Below, piece after piece: positions 18,535 through 28,400 of a stretch of 64,000 nucleotides of DNA. The number at the start of each line of letters is the position of its first letter. Positions within the stretch are counted from its first letter, which is position 1. The DNA comes from Candidatus Saccharibacteria bacterium UBA1944 (GTDB lineage Bacteria > Patescibacteriota > Saccharimonadia > Saccharimonadales > Saccharimonadaceae): assembly GCA_002336935.1 (NCBI GenBank), contig DDEW01000002.1:8910-72909 (forward strand), read 5' to 3'. The notes under the pieces were generated by a model. It did not search any database and was not told the origin of the DNA. It saw nothing but the letters and a program-made list of their open reading frames with translations. The translations under genes were made by a program, and so were the position numbers.

Positions 18535-19140
18535 ATGAGTAAACATGAGCAAAATACCTCGCGAGAATCTTTTACGACACAACGCTTTGAAACATGGCTT
18601 GATTCTTTAGATGATGCAAACGGCTCTGCTGTACAGCGATTTTTGGCCGTGCCAGCACATCAAGCTGCAATTAACAATGCACCCGGTTCGCGCGACGCTC
18701 ACCACGGTTGGCAAGGTGGCTATAGGGAACATTTGCGCCAGACGTTTGTGCATGTTCACGCACTCTATGAACTATGGGAGCAAATGGGTGTGCAGCAACA
18801 GTTGCCGCCAGATGAGCACTTCACTGAGAGTGACGCGCTTACCGTCATGTTCCTGCATGACATAGAGAAGCCATTTATTTATGATATAGATGAGACAGGT
18901 AACGTGCGGCGCTTGATGACAATGACAAAGCAAGAACGAAAAGCCTTTCGTGCAGAGGTGATAGGCAAGTACGGATTTGTGATAACTCCTAGTATGCAAA
19001 ACGCCCTCCAGTTCGTAGAGGGCGTTCGCGACGAAGATTATGTACCGGGTAAGCGCGCCGATTGGCCGCTCGCAGCGCTTTGCCATGCGGCAGATAACTT
19101 GAGTGCGCGCGGACTCTACGCGTATCGTGGCGAAATCTAG
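18535..19140 (+). CDS. HD-domain phosphohydrolase
   Basis: AHHGWQGGYREHL, FLHDIEK, LCHAADNLSA (H...HD...D). Confidence 0.7.
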   Translation: MSKHEQNTSRESFTTQRFETWLDSLDDANGSAVQRFLAVPAHQAAINNAPGSRDAHHGWQGGYREHLRQTFVHVHALYELWEQMGVQQQLPPDEHFTESDALTVMFLHDIEKPFIYDIDETGNVRRLMTMTKQERKAFRAEVIGKYGFVITPSMQNALQFVEGVRDEDYVPGKRADWPLAALCHAADNLSARGLYAYRGEI

Positions 19141-19341
19141 CTACTTTCGCTTCTTACGCACGGCGCGAACTGGTGTTTCTGTGTCGAGCAGCGACATTCC
19201 AATACAGCTCATACCAATACCGAGCAGAATAATGCCCGTGTTGGCATCAAGCGCTTTAAGAATAGACAGCACAACAACTGCGACGCCCATAGCGAGTGCT
19301 ACGGCACACAGTATGAAATCAACCATTTTACCTACATTCAT
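19141..19341 (-). CDS. Small two-TM membrane protein (66 aa)
   Basis: TAAGGAG SD before ATG 19341; AVALAMGVAVVVLSIL and ILLGIGMSCIGMSLL helices. Confidence 0.65.
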   Translation of the reverse strand: MNVGKMVDFILCAVALAMGVAVVVLSILKALDANTGIILLGIGMSCIGMSLLDTETPVRAVRKKRK

Positions 19342-19360
19342 TTTTTGCTCCTTACTTTTA

Positions 19361-19735
19361 TTAACGAATAGCAACCAACTCAATATCAAATACAAGGTCA
19401 CTGTTGGGTGGAATATTGCTCGCAGCTCGCGCGGATCCATACGCCATTTCACTAGGGATAATCAATCGGCGCATGCCACCAACTTTCATGCCAGGCACTC
19501 CCTCGGTCCAGCCGCGAATGACTTGGTCAAGGCCAAAGGTAATGGCTTTTCCAAAGTCGTGGCTGCTTTGGAAAATGATACCGTTTTTGCACAGTGCACC
19601 CGTGTAGTGAGCGGTGATGGTTGCTCCAGGCTGCACCTCGTCACCTGTTCCCAGGCTGATATCAATGATCTGTAATGACTCGACCTTTTCAATAGGTGTG
19701 AAGTCTGCTAATTTGGTTCCTTCATATTTCATCAT
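19361..19735 (-). CDS. FKBP-type peptidyl-prolyl cis-trans isomerase
   Basis: HYTG.L...G.IFQSS, FGLDQVIRGWTEG..GMKVGG.RRLIIP.EMAYG, IPPNSDLVFDIEL. Confidence 0.92.
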   Translation of the reverse strand: MMKYEGTKLADFTPIEKVESLQIIDISLGTGDEVQPGATITAHYTGALCKNGIIFQSSHDFGKAITFGLDQVIRGWTEGVPGMKVGGMRRLIIPSEMAYGSARAASNIPPNSDLVFDIELVAIR

Positions 19736-19807
19736 ACTCCCAGTATATACGATACGAATGGTGGTTATGATTGGGAACAGGGGCGCACCTCAGTATACTA
19801 GAGTGAG

Positions 19808-20650
19808 ATGAAGGAGCGTCTATCACCACAGCGCGAACAAAAACCTGGGCGTATTGGTCGTGCCACCCTAAGCTTGCTCAGAAAGCTTGAATGGGTAGGG
19901 GAAGAAGATTCTGTATTGGATCATGAGAGAGGAATTGAATTTTTAAAAACATTCATGCTACTACTGGCTATTAATGGATCGGCGGTTTCAATTAATGCAG
20001 TGAACCAAATGGCCAATGGTAACAGAGAATTGCTTGATTCCCAGAAGTGGATGGACGGCTGGGATGTTTTCTTCCCTGCTTTTTTTGTTGCATCGCGTAC
20101 TGCCGATGCAAAAGGTGATCATTACAAAGCTTCAGCGCTGCGTATCATCGCGTATACCGGGCATGCGGCCGTTGCATACTTGGGTGGTACGCAAACCTAC
20201 GGTGCCATGATTGCAGGAGTTGGTGAGACAGATAGCAGTCTTTTGCTATCTGGCGCAACTGGCGTGGCAAATGCTGCTCTGTTTGTGAGGGAACTTAAAC
20301 ACGAAGATGATCATGCCGCTGATGAGCATGATATTCGTAATCGCGTTGGGCTTGGTGTGTCGGTGGCCTCTAACTTAGCTGAGAGTGCCGGAGGCATTGG
20401 CGGCGCAATTGCTGAGTTTGTCGCGCCGCCAGGAGTTCATGCAAGTGCGATTGCCGGCATGGGGATGAGCGCTGTGGTAGGAACGGGAATGCTTGCAGCA
20501 ACGGGTGTCGAGATTGCACACCTGCGTCGATTACACAAAGCAAAAAAGACAAAGCGGAATCTACCTGTGCAGATTCCGCTCGATCGTGATGGCGTACCTA
20601 TTTTGAAACGAGACCTAATGCCTGACTATAGTGAGTATCTAGACTATTAG
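19808..20650 (+). CDS. Hypothetical membrane protein
   Basis: 280-aa ORF with several Ala/Gly-rich hydrophobic segments; TATACT 8 nt upstream. Confidence 0.55.
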   Translation: MKERLSPQREQKPGRIGRATLSLLRKLEWVGEEDSVLDHERGIEFLKTFMLLLAINGSAVSINAVNQMANGNRELLDSQKWMDGWDVFFPAFFVASRTADAKGDHYKASALRIIAYTGHAAVAYLGGTQTYGAMIAGVGETDSSLLLSGATGVANAALFVRELKHEDDHAADEHDIRNRVGLGVSVASNLAESAGGIGGAIAEFVAPPGVHASAIAGMGMSAVVGTGMLAATGVEIAHLRRLHKAKKTKRNLPVQIPLDRDGVPILKRDLMPDYSEYLDY

Positions 20651-21966
20651 GTGCGCTTTTTCTTTTTGACGCTAGCCTTCTTTTTTGCGGGTGGCTTTTC
20701 CTCGTATAACTCTACTTTGGCCCGCTTGTTAATCGCGTGCATTAGGTGGTAGCTAGCAATTGCAGCGATGGTGCCGAGTGCGATTCCTTCAAAGGTAAAA
20801 TCCTTACTCGCAACCCAAGTATAGTTGCCGGCTCCCACAATCAGGGCAATCGCTGCAGGCATCAGGTTTTCGCTCCGATGAAAGTCGACTTTGCTTTCAA
20901 CCCATATGCGCGCGCCGAGTACAGCAATAAGCCCATAAAGTACCGTTGTCACACCTCCAAGCACACTCACCGGCATTGTCAAAATGAGCGCACCAAACTT
21001 TGGTGATAAACCAAGCAGAATCGCAAACCCGCCCGCTACCGCATATGCAGCAGTCGAGTAAACGCGCGTTGCTGCCATCACACCAATATTTTCAGCATAG
21101 GTTGTGGTGCCTGAACCGCCAAAGAATCCAGCTAGCATGGTTGCTGCACCATCGCCCATATATCCCTTGCCCAATGATTTATCGAGGTTCTGGCCGGTCA
21201 TTTCGGCAACCGCTTTAATGTGCCCAGTGTTTTCGGCAATCAACACGAGCACAACTGGCAGCATAAGCAGCACAACGCTCCAGCTAAACTGGGGACTCGT
21301 GAATACCGGCAGTCCAAACCATGCTGCGTCATTGAACGCGGCTACTGCTTTGGCATCAAGCCCACCGGTCACAGCGGCGATTGCCCAGCCGACGATGACG
21401 CCGAGGAATATTGAGATGCGTCCCGCAAAGCCCTTAAAGAGCACAGAGATGAGCAGAATGCTCACAACGGTGACGAGTGCATATGCTGGTTGCGTGAAAA
21501 AGTTTTTGCCCGCCACACCGGCAAGGTTGAGCCCAATGAGCGCTACAATGGCACCCGTAAGAACGGGTGGCATGAGCCGGTTAATCCAGTCATGCCCAAC
21601 TTTGTTGACGAGCAGCCCAATGGCGAATAATAGTGCACCCACCGCTACAATACCGCCTAGCGCCAGGCCAATGTTTTTACCTGCACCCATCGCTGCAATG
21701 ACTGGGCTGATGAATGCAAAGCTCGAACCTAAATAGCTCGGAATTTTATTTTTTGTGACGATTAAAAAAACGAGCGTTCCGACGCCCGAGAAGAAAATCG
21801 TTGTTGTTGGGGGGAACCCCGTAAGTAAGGGCACTAAAAAAGTCGCCCCAAACATGGCGACCACGTGCTGCATTCCTACTCCGATTGTTTGCAACCACGG
21901 CAATCTTTCACCTGGTGCAACGACTCCCCCTGCAGGTATTTGCTCCCGCAAGGTCCATATCCTCAT
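20647..21966 (-). CDS. NCS2-family uracil/xanthine permease
   Basis: QHVVAMFGAT, PSYLGSSFAF, NCS2 signature TTYAENIGVMAATRVYS. GGGAGG SD before ATG 21966. Confidence 0.92.
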   Translation of the reverse strand: MRIWTLREQIPAGGVVAPGERLPWLQTIGVGMQHVVAMFGATFLVPLLTGFPPTTTIFFSGVGTLVFLIVTKNKIPSYLGSSFAFISPVIAAMGAGKNIGLALGGIVAVGALLFAIGLLVNKVGHDWINRLMPPVLTGAIVALIGLNLAGVAGKNFFTQPAYALVTVVSILLISVLFKGFAGRISIFLGVIVGWAIAAVTGGLDAKAVAAFNDAAWFGLPVFTSPQFSWSVVLLMLPVVLVLIAENTGHIKAVAEMTGQNLDKSLGKGYMGDGAATMLAGFFGGSGTTTYAENIGVMAATRVYSTAAYAVAGGFAILLGLSPKFGALILTMPVSVLGGVTTVLYGLIAVLGARIWVESKVDFHRSENLMPAAIALIVGAGNYTWVASKDFTFEGIALGTIAAIASYHLMHAINKRAKVELYEEKPPAKKKASVKKKKRT

Positions 21967-22082
21967 ACTACCCTCCCTTGTATGAATTAGTGATATCTCA
22001 CGTAGTCTATCACGTCTATCCCAGCTACGGCAAGTGCCATTTTGCTTGTGCTTTTTTGCAATAATGAGTACCATAGAATCAT

Positions 22083-23729
22083 ATGGATCTGCAGGGTGAG
22101 CTTAGTGCAATTATTGAAGGTGACGTTGATACAAGTGACGCCACGCGGGAGTTCTATAGCCACGATGCGAGCCTGTTTGAAATGAAGCCTCAGGCCGTTG
22201 CGTTTCCGAAGAGTAGCCAAGACATCCAAGCGCTTGTGCGCTTTGTGAACGAACATAAGAAGGACATTCCAAACCTCAGTTTGACCGCTCGCTCGCGTGG
22301 TACCGATATGTCAGGCGCTGCCATTAATGACTCGATTATTATGGATACCAGTAAGTATATGACGGCAATTCGTGATGTATCAGCAACGTCGGCGACAGCC
22401 CAGCCTGGCATGATGTACAAGGACTTTGAGAAAGAAACCCTGGTGCATGGCAGTATTTTGCCGAGTTACCCAGCGAGCCGCGAACTATGCGGTATCGGCG
22501 GTATCGTAGCCAACAATAGTGGCGGTGAAAAATCGCTTCAGTTTGGCAAGACCGATAAGTATGTCACCAATCTCAAAATGGTACTGAGTGACGGCAATGA
22601 GTACGAAGTGAAGCCACTTACGCGTGATGAAGTGAATGCAAAGATGGGGCAGGATACATTCGAAGGAAATCTTTATCGACGCACCTTTGAGTTGCTGGAT
22701 CAAAATTATGACGAAATTAAAAAAGCCGCACCAAATGTCACCAAAGATTCAACCGGCTACCATTTGTGGAACGTGTGGAACCGCGAAACGGGTATATTTG
22801 ACTTGACCAAGTTGTTTGTTGGCGCCCAAGGCACATTAGGTATTAACACCGAAGCTACCTTGGCGCTCGTGCCAAAACCAAAGTACAGTGGTACATTGGT
22901 GTGCTATATGCGCAGCATCGATAACCTTGGTGAAGTGATTCCATCGGTACTTGCTGAAAAGCCGGCAACTTTTGAGTGCTTTGATGACAATACGCTGTGG
23001 CTTAGCTTCAAATTTATTTTTGCCTTTATTAAGCGGCTCGGATTTATTACTTGGCTGATGATGTGCCTACAGCTTATTCCAGATGGTTTGGCACTGCTGC
23101 GTGGGGTACCTAAGCTCATTTTACTTATTGAGTTTACCGGTGAAAGTGTCGAAGAAGTGCAAACGAAGATTCATACCGCCAAGCAAAACTTAAGTAAGTA
23201 TAACTTTAGCTATATGGAAGAGGACGAAACAGAGGCAAAAAGTCGGAAATTCTGGTTAATGCGCCGTGAGAGCTTCAACTTGCTCCGCAGTAAGGTAAAG
23301 GAAAAGCATACAGCGCCATTCATTGATGATTTAGTGGTTCCGCCAGCGCGTCTGAGTGAGTTTTTGCCACAGTTGCGTGAAATCATTAAGAAATATAAGC
23401 TGCTCGCGACCATTGCAGGACACCTAGGCGACGGCAACTTCCATGTAATTCCTCTTATGAAAATTGAAGACCCAGCTGAGCGCGCAAAGTTTGAACCTGC
23501 CATGAAAGAAGTGAATACCTTGGTTATCAAGTATGGCGGTAGCGTATCAGGCGAGCACAACGACGGGATGATTCGCGGGCCTTGGCTTAAAGAGATGTAT
23601 AGTCCATCTGTGCTTGGCTATATGAAAGAAATCAAAGAACTGTATGATCCGCTCAATATCTTTAACCCACATAAGAAAACCGATGCTACTTGGGAGTACA
23701 GTTTCAGGCATATTCGGGAGCATTTCTAG
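22083..23729 (+). CDS. FAD-binding oxidoreductase (GlcD/D-lactate dehydrogenase-like)
   Basis: RSRGTDMSG, PAS...C.IGG.VANNSGG, GAQGTLGI, GHLGDGNFH, GEHNDG, DP.NIFNP.K. Confidence 0.85.
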   Translation: MDLQGELSAIIEGDVDTSDATREFYSHDASLFEMKPQAVAFPKSSQDIQALVRFVNEHKKDIPNLSLTARSRGTDMSGAAINDSIIMDTSKYMTAIRDVSATSATAQPGMMYKDFEKETLVHGSILPSYPASRELCGIGGIVANNSGGEKSLQFGKTDKYVTNLKMVLSDGNEYEVKPLTRDEVNAKMGQDTFEGNLYRRTFELLDQNYDEIKKAAPNVTKDSTGYHLWNVWNRETGIFDLTKLFVGAQGTLGINTEATLALVPKPKYSGTLVCYMRSIDNLGEVIPSVLAEKPATFECFDDNTLWLSFKFIFAFIKRLGFITWLMMCLQLIPDGLALLRGVPKLILLIEFTGESVEEVQTKIHTAKQNLSKYNFSYMEEDETEAKSRKFWLMRRESFNLLRSKVKEKHTAPFIDDLVVPPARLSEFLPQLREIIKKYKLLATIAGHLGDGNFHVIPLMKIEDPAERAKFEPAMKEVNTLVIKYGGSVSGEHNDGMIRGPWLKEMYSPSVLGYMKEIKELYDPLNIFNPHKKTDATWEYSFRHIREHF

Positions 23730-23732
23730 AGT

Positions 23733-23993
23733 ATGTTCATAGTGAAGAAGAAAAGAATAGTCATTGGAGCGCTGCTTGTAACAACTATTCTTGCTGGCGT
23801 AGTAGTGGCGGTATGGTCGCTTAGTCGCGTAAGTGGTGACGCTGAAAAATACCAGACACTTAAGCGGCAATGTATCGAAAAATATAATCAAGATGTTGAA
23901 AAGGGTGTTCGTTTTATACAGTATCCCTGTTCTGACGACATAATCAAGTCGGAATTTCAGACACGTTACGGCCATCCATACCGCGAAGGATAG
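23733..23993 (+). CDS. Small membrane-anchored hypothetical protein
   Basis: KKKR followed by a hydrophobic helix, then a soluble part with two Cys. Confidence 0.5.
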   Translation: MFIVKKKRIVIGALLVTTILAGVVVAVWSLSRVSGDAEKYQTLKRQCIEKYNQDVEKGVRFIQYPCSDDIIKSEFQTRYGHPYREG

Positions 23994-24012
23994 TGGGTTA
24001 CAAACGCTGCCA

Positions 24013-24050
24013 CTAGCACTCTTGCATATTGAGTGCTAGTTGTCTATACT
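24013..24050 (+). promoter_or_regulatory. CIRCE operator and promoter of dnaJ
   Basis: CTAGCACTC-N9-GAGTGCTAG (24013-24039); TTGCAT-17 nt-TATACT. Confidence 0.88.
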
Positions 24051-24060
24051 GGTAACAGAT

Positions 24061-25167
24061 ATGACCAAACGCGATTACTATGAAATCCTTGGCGTTACCA
24101 AAACTGCCAGCGATGATGAAATAAAGAAGGCCTTTCGTAAGCTTGCCGTCAAATACCATCCAGATAAAGAGGGGGGTGATGAGACGAAGTTCAAAGAAGC
24201 GAATGAGGCGTATGAAGTGCTCAAAGACAAGCAAAAACGCCAGCGCTATGACCAGTTTGGTCATGCTGGAGTTGGTGGGGCTAGTGGCGCTGGCGCTGGA
24301 GGTAATCCGTTTGAAGGCTTCAACTTTAACGGCCAAGATATTCATTTTGATTTTGGTGGTGGCGGTGGTTTCGGTGATATATTTAGCCAGTTCTTTGGGG
24401 GTGGCCCTCAGCAGACGTACGGTCCAACTCGTGGGCGAGATGTTGAAACGAGTATAACACTGAGCTTTGAGGATGCAGTATTTGGTAGAGAAGTGGACTT
24501 GTCGCTTAATCTTGACGACGAGTGCACACACTGTAAGGGCACGACAGTTGAACCCGGCTACAGTACAAAGACTTGTGAAACATGTAAGGGTGCTGGTCAG
24601 CAAGTTCGATTGATGAACACGATGTTTGGGCAAATTCAGCAAGCGGTGACCTGTGAAACATGCCGGGGCAAAGGAAAGATTCCTGAGAAGCTTTGTACGC
24701 GATGCAACGGTAAGGGCACGGAGCGACGCCAACAAACGATAACAGTGAAAATTCCTGCCGGCATCGATGATGGCGCGACGATTCGCTTGCGCGAGCGCGG
24801 TGAGGCAATTGGGGGTGGCGCGAAGGGCGATTTGTATGTGCATATCAAAGTCAAAGCGCACAAAAAGTTTACCCGTGAAGGCGATTTATTGCTGAGCGAG
24901 GAGCATATCGACATGGTGCAGGCGGCTCTTGGCACGGAGATCGATGTCGAAACAGTAGACGGCATCATTACCATGAAGATTCCAGCTGGCACGCAGAGCG
25001 GTACCGATTTTAAGCTGAGCGGGCACGGAGTGCCGCATCTACGCAGCGAAACGCGCGGTGCGCACATTGTAAGTGTGGTTGTCGATACTCCAACGAAGCT
25101 TAGCAAAAAGCAACGCGAATTACTTGAGCAGTTCAGCAGCAGCAAAAAGCACGGTTTATTCTCGTAG
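24061..25167 (+). CDS. dnaJ: Chaperone DnaJ
   Basis: J-domain with HPD, G/F-rich region, four CxxCxGxG repeats. Confidence 0.97.
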   Translation: MTKRDYYEILGVTKTASDDEIKKAFRKLAVKYHPDKEGGDETKFKEANEAYEVLKDKQKRQRYDQFGHAGVGGASGAGAGGNPFEGFNFNGQDIHFDFGGGGGFGDIFSQFFGGGPQQTYGPTRGRDVETSITLSFEDAVFGREVDLSLNLDDECTHCKGTTVEPGYSTKTCETCKGAGQQVRLMNTMFGQIQQAVTCETCRGKGKIPEKLCTRCNGKGTERRQQTITVKIPAGIDDGATIRLRERGEAIGGGAKGDLYVHIKVKAHKKFTREGDLLLSEEHIDMVQAALGTEIDVETVDGIITMKIPAGTQSGTDFKLSGHGVPHLRSETRGAHIVSVVVDTPTKLSKKQRELLEQFSSSKKHGLFS

Positions 25168-25231
25168 CGATTACTGCACGGGGTGGTATACTAAAACCAT
25201 AATGGTTTTAGCTAAGGGGTAGCAAACAAAC

Positions 25232-28200
25232 ATGACGTTCTTATTGTTTATCGCAGTAGTCGTGCTCGCCATAGTGCTTGGCACTCAGAGCAGCAATGCA
25301 AAGAAAAAAGTAGACTATTATAGTATGTCGTATCGGCAAGGCTACTGGGATGGGGTGCGCGCAAGTGAGCAAAAACAAGTATCGTCGAACGACGCATTGC
25401 AGCAGCCAGCACCTGAGCAGGCGGTAGTAACAGATGAACTTCCTCAAACCGCTAATACAGTAGAGTATACCGATGTCCCACTTGTGCAAGATGCTGATGG
25501 CTATATGACGGCACTTGAACAGACGACCCCTGCAGCGAGCTACGCTGCGCAGCCAGTTCTTTCACATGAATCAGCAGAAGAGCGTCACGAGCGTAACCGT
25601 AGTCATACAGTGAATATCGCACTGTATGTTGCCAGCCTTTTGCTGGTTTCGGGTATTATACTACTAGCTCAAACGATTGGACTTCCGAGTGAAGTCAAAT
25701 TTGCTATTGTGTGGCTGCTCGTACTTACCTTTTATATTGCTGGGTTTGTGATTCACGCACATGTGCCAATCCTTAAGCCTGCTGCCGTTGCCTTCATTGG
25801 TACCGCACTCGCAGCAGTGCCAGTGGCAGGCATCACTATGTATTACCTCATCACGCGTGACGCTGCACTATGTTGGCTTGTGACCTCACTCATTGCTACG
25901 GGCATGTACGTGTACGCCACGGTAACAATGAAAAGCCAGCTACTCGCGTACGTTTCCATTCTCTCCCTCTTCATTTTTTCGTGTACACTCCCCGCCGTCG
26001 CTCATGCGCAAATTATGTGGTACTACGTCGTCATGATTCTCTTCGGATCGCTCCTAACGATGTTGGCCCACTATAGGTATGCATGGATCCCTGCCACCTT
26101 TGCCGCGCCGGTGACCCAGGCGAGCCCTGTTGCAGTGCCACTAGCACTCATTGGTTCGGTATTTTCCTTTGCATTTATGACACCCTGGGAATACGCTGCG
26201 GTGTTTGGCGCAGCAATGGTGTACTATGCGGCCCAGGCGATGGTGTCGGTAATCTCATCGTTGCGAGCGACCTACTGGATCGTGGCGCGTTGCTTGTTCA
26301 TGGTAGTGGTTGTTATGGTGGCGGCAGCGCTTACCGACAAGTCGTGGGTTATGATGAGCTATGCCTTAGCCGCTGCAGGTGCGGTGAATATGGCTGTTTC
26401 GACCAGCCTGCTTCAACCACATCAACGTATGGGTGGTGTGCAGCACGAGGTCATGTTTTGGGTAGGCTACGCAGCCGCACTTGTTGCTTCGGTTATGGTG
26501 GCCAATGTTAGTGAACCAGGTAATGCCTTTATTATGGCGGTAGAGCACGTCGCGATTGTCGTGGCTGCGCTGTATGCATTATTGCGACTTCGTCGAGCAG
26601 AGTTTGGTTGGCCGGTTTTGCTGAGCATGACGGTACTGCCGCTTGTTGCTGGGTATCACCTCGCCAGCCCACCAGTCGAGACAAAATGGATGTTTGTATT
26701 GTTCATGGCGTATAGCCTAGCGGCGCTCGGACTACGCTGGGTAAGGCCGGGCAGGGCGCTTGAAGCATCCCTGCTCTACACATTTGTGGGACTGTGGTTC
26801 ATGATTACGGGCACGATGACCTTTACGCTTGGTACCATTTGGGCGATTGCGTGGTGGCTTGCAGTGGCGATTGTTAGCTACTTTGTCGTATGGCGTGAGC
26901 GCGTGGACGGCATGATGATACTTGGGAATAATGCGCTGCTGGTAGCGCTTGCGGTGGCCGGTAGCTATTATAAATGGACTGATGATACAACCGTTACAGT
27001 TATCGCTTGGGTGAACGCTGCTGGTTCCTTGACACTGACTGAGTATTTGCGAACGAAAGGCGAGCGGGGCATGCTACTGGCGACTATTGTGCAAATGAGC
27101 ACTGTTGCAGCTGCGGGTGTACTTGGCGCATTGACGCTCCTGTTGATTGGTGATGAGGCGATGCGAGCGGCTACATGGATGACGCTTGTGGGCGCACTGT
27201 ATTATACGGCATGGCGACAGCGCAGCACTACTGCATTGGTATTTGCAAATATCGCCGTCGTCGTCGAACTGCTTCTCATTGCCGCAATGCTCCACCTATC
27301 ATGGCTTGCAACCATGGCGTTGGTTGTTTGGCTTCCATTAGTTGGATTTGTTGGTGTGGCTGAGTTTATGCGATCTTCAAACTACCGTTCTTCACTGATC
27401 CAGACTATGTGGTCCTCTGGGGTTGCAAGCGCCTTGCTTTTTGGACTGCTCGCACTACTCGCAGGTATTGGCTCTCATGAGCATGATGCAATGTGGCGTA
27501 CGGTTGCGTGGTTCGGTGCGGTGAGCGCCCTGTATTATTCGGCGTATCGTGCGGTGAGTGTATCGCTGCTCTACGCGGCGAACGTGAGCATTGTGATACT
27601 AGTTGGTTTACTTGGCAATTGGGCCGGTCTTTCGGCCTACCAGATTAGCGCGTGTATGGCGTGGTTTGGGCTCGTTGGTTTTTATGGTGCCGCGTGGTTC
27701 TACAAGCAGAACCGAGGCGGGGGAAGAGTATGGTCTGCTTTCTATCTTTCGGCTATTGCAACAACCGTGATTACTGGATTGTTTGCCTTGCTATCGGACA
27801 GCACTACCGATGTGCTTGCCGCTGGGACCGCACTGCTCGGTATTGGGGCAATACTCGCCAAGGATGGCTTTGAAAGTCAGCGACTATGGATGGTCGATAG
27901 CGGTGCCATTATTGCAATGATTGGCTTCCAGCGAATGATTGGCAGCTATTTTCCCGATGCTCACAGCTTGCTCTATACACACCTTTGGGCATTTTTGGCC
28001 TTTGCAATCGCATATCTTTACCGCACGCGTGGACAGCGTGGACAAGCACGCGGCAGGTTAGTTGTCGGTTTAGCCGCCTTAAGTTTTCCGACACTCGGTA
28101 CGGCGCTTTCCGAAGGTGGCGGGGCGCAGGTACTCTTCTTAGTTGAGCATGTTTTGCTAGTTATTGCTGGACTGGTATACGCTTACCGGGTGGCTACTTG

Positions 28201-28357
28201 GTGGGGCGCAGCGGGGGTAACGATGGCAGTTCTGTATATGCTCAAAGGCTACACCTCGCTCCTCACCATTGCGATTGGTCTTGTCGTGATTGGGGCAGTT
28301 GTCTACGTGATTATTCACGCCGACAAGAAGAACCGCCCACAGCCGCCTACTGTATAA
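25232..28357 (+). CDS. Very large polytopic membrane protein (DUF2157/DUF2339-like)
   Basis: 1041 aa; after a polar N-terminal linker it is almost entirely hydrophobic helices with internal repeats. Confidence 0.6.
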   Translation: MTFLLFIAVVVLAIVLGTQSSNAKKKVDYYSMSYRQGYWDGVRASEQKQVSSNDALQQPAPEQAVVTDELPQTANTVEYTDVPLVQDADGYMTALEQTTPAASYAAQPVLSHESAEERHERNRSHTVNIALYVASLLLVSGIILLAQTIGLPSEVKFAIVWLLVLTFYIAGFVIHAHVPILKPAAVAFIGTALAAVPVAGITMYYLITRDAALCWLVTSLIATGMYVYATVTMKSQLLAYVSILSLFIFSCTLPAVAHAQIMWYYVVMILFGSLLTMLAHYRYAWIPATFAAPVTQASPVAVPLALIGSVFSFAFMTPWEYAAVFGAAMVYYAAQAMVSVISSLRATYWIVARCLFMVVVVMVAAALTDKSWVMMSYALAAAGAVNMAVSTSLLQPHQRMGGVQHEVMFWVGYAAALVASVMVANVSEPGNAFIMAVEHVAIVVAALYALLRLRRAEFGWPVLLSMTVLPLVAGYHLASPPVETKWMFVLFMAYSLAALGLRWVRPGRALEASLLYTFVGLWFMITGTMTFTLGTIWAIAWWLAVAIVSYFVVWRERVDGMMILGNNALLVALAVAGSYYKWTDDTTVTVIAWVNAAGSLTLTEYLRTKGERGMLLATIVQMSTVAAAGVLGALTLLLIGDEAMRAATWMTLVGALYYTAWRQRSTTALVFANIAVVVELLLIAAMLHLSWLATMALVVWLPLVGFVGVAEFMRSSNYRSSLIQTMWSSGVASALLFGLLALLAGIGSHEHDAMWRTVAWFGAVSALYYSAYRAVSVSLLYAANVSIVILVGLLGNWAGLSAYQISACMAWFGLVGFYGAAWFYKQNRGGGRVWSAFYLSAIATTVITGLFALLSDSTTDVLAAGTALLGIGAILAKDGFESQRLWMVDSGAIIAMIGFQRMIGSYFPDAHSLLYTHLWAFLAFAIAYLYRTRGQRGQARGRLVVGLAALSFPTLGTALSEGGGAQVLFLVEHVLLVIAGLVYAYRVATWWGAAGVTMAVLYMLKGYTSLLTIAIGLVVIGAVVYVIIHADKKNRPQPPTV

Positions 28358-28400
28358 CTATATTGACTTTCTATCCAGTTTATGCTAATATTAAGCTGGT

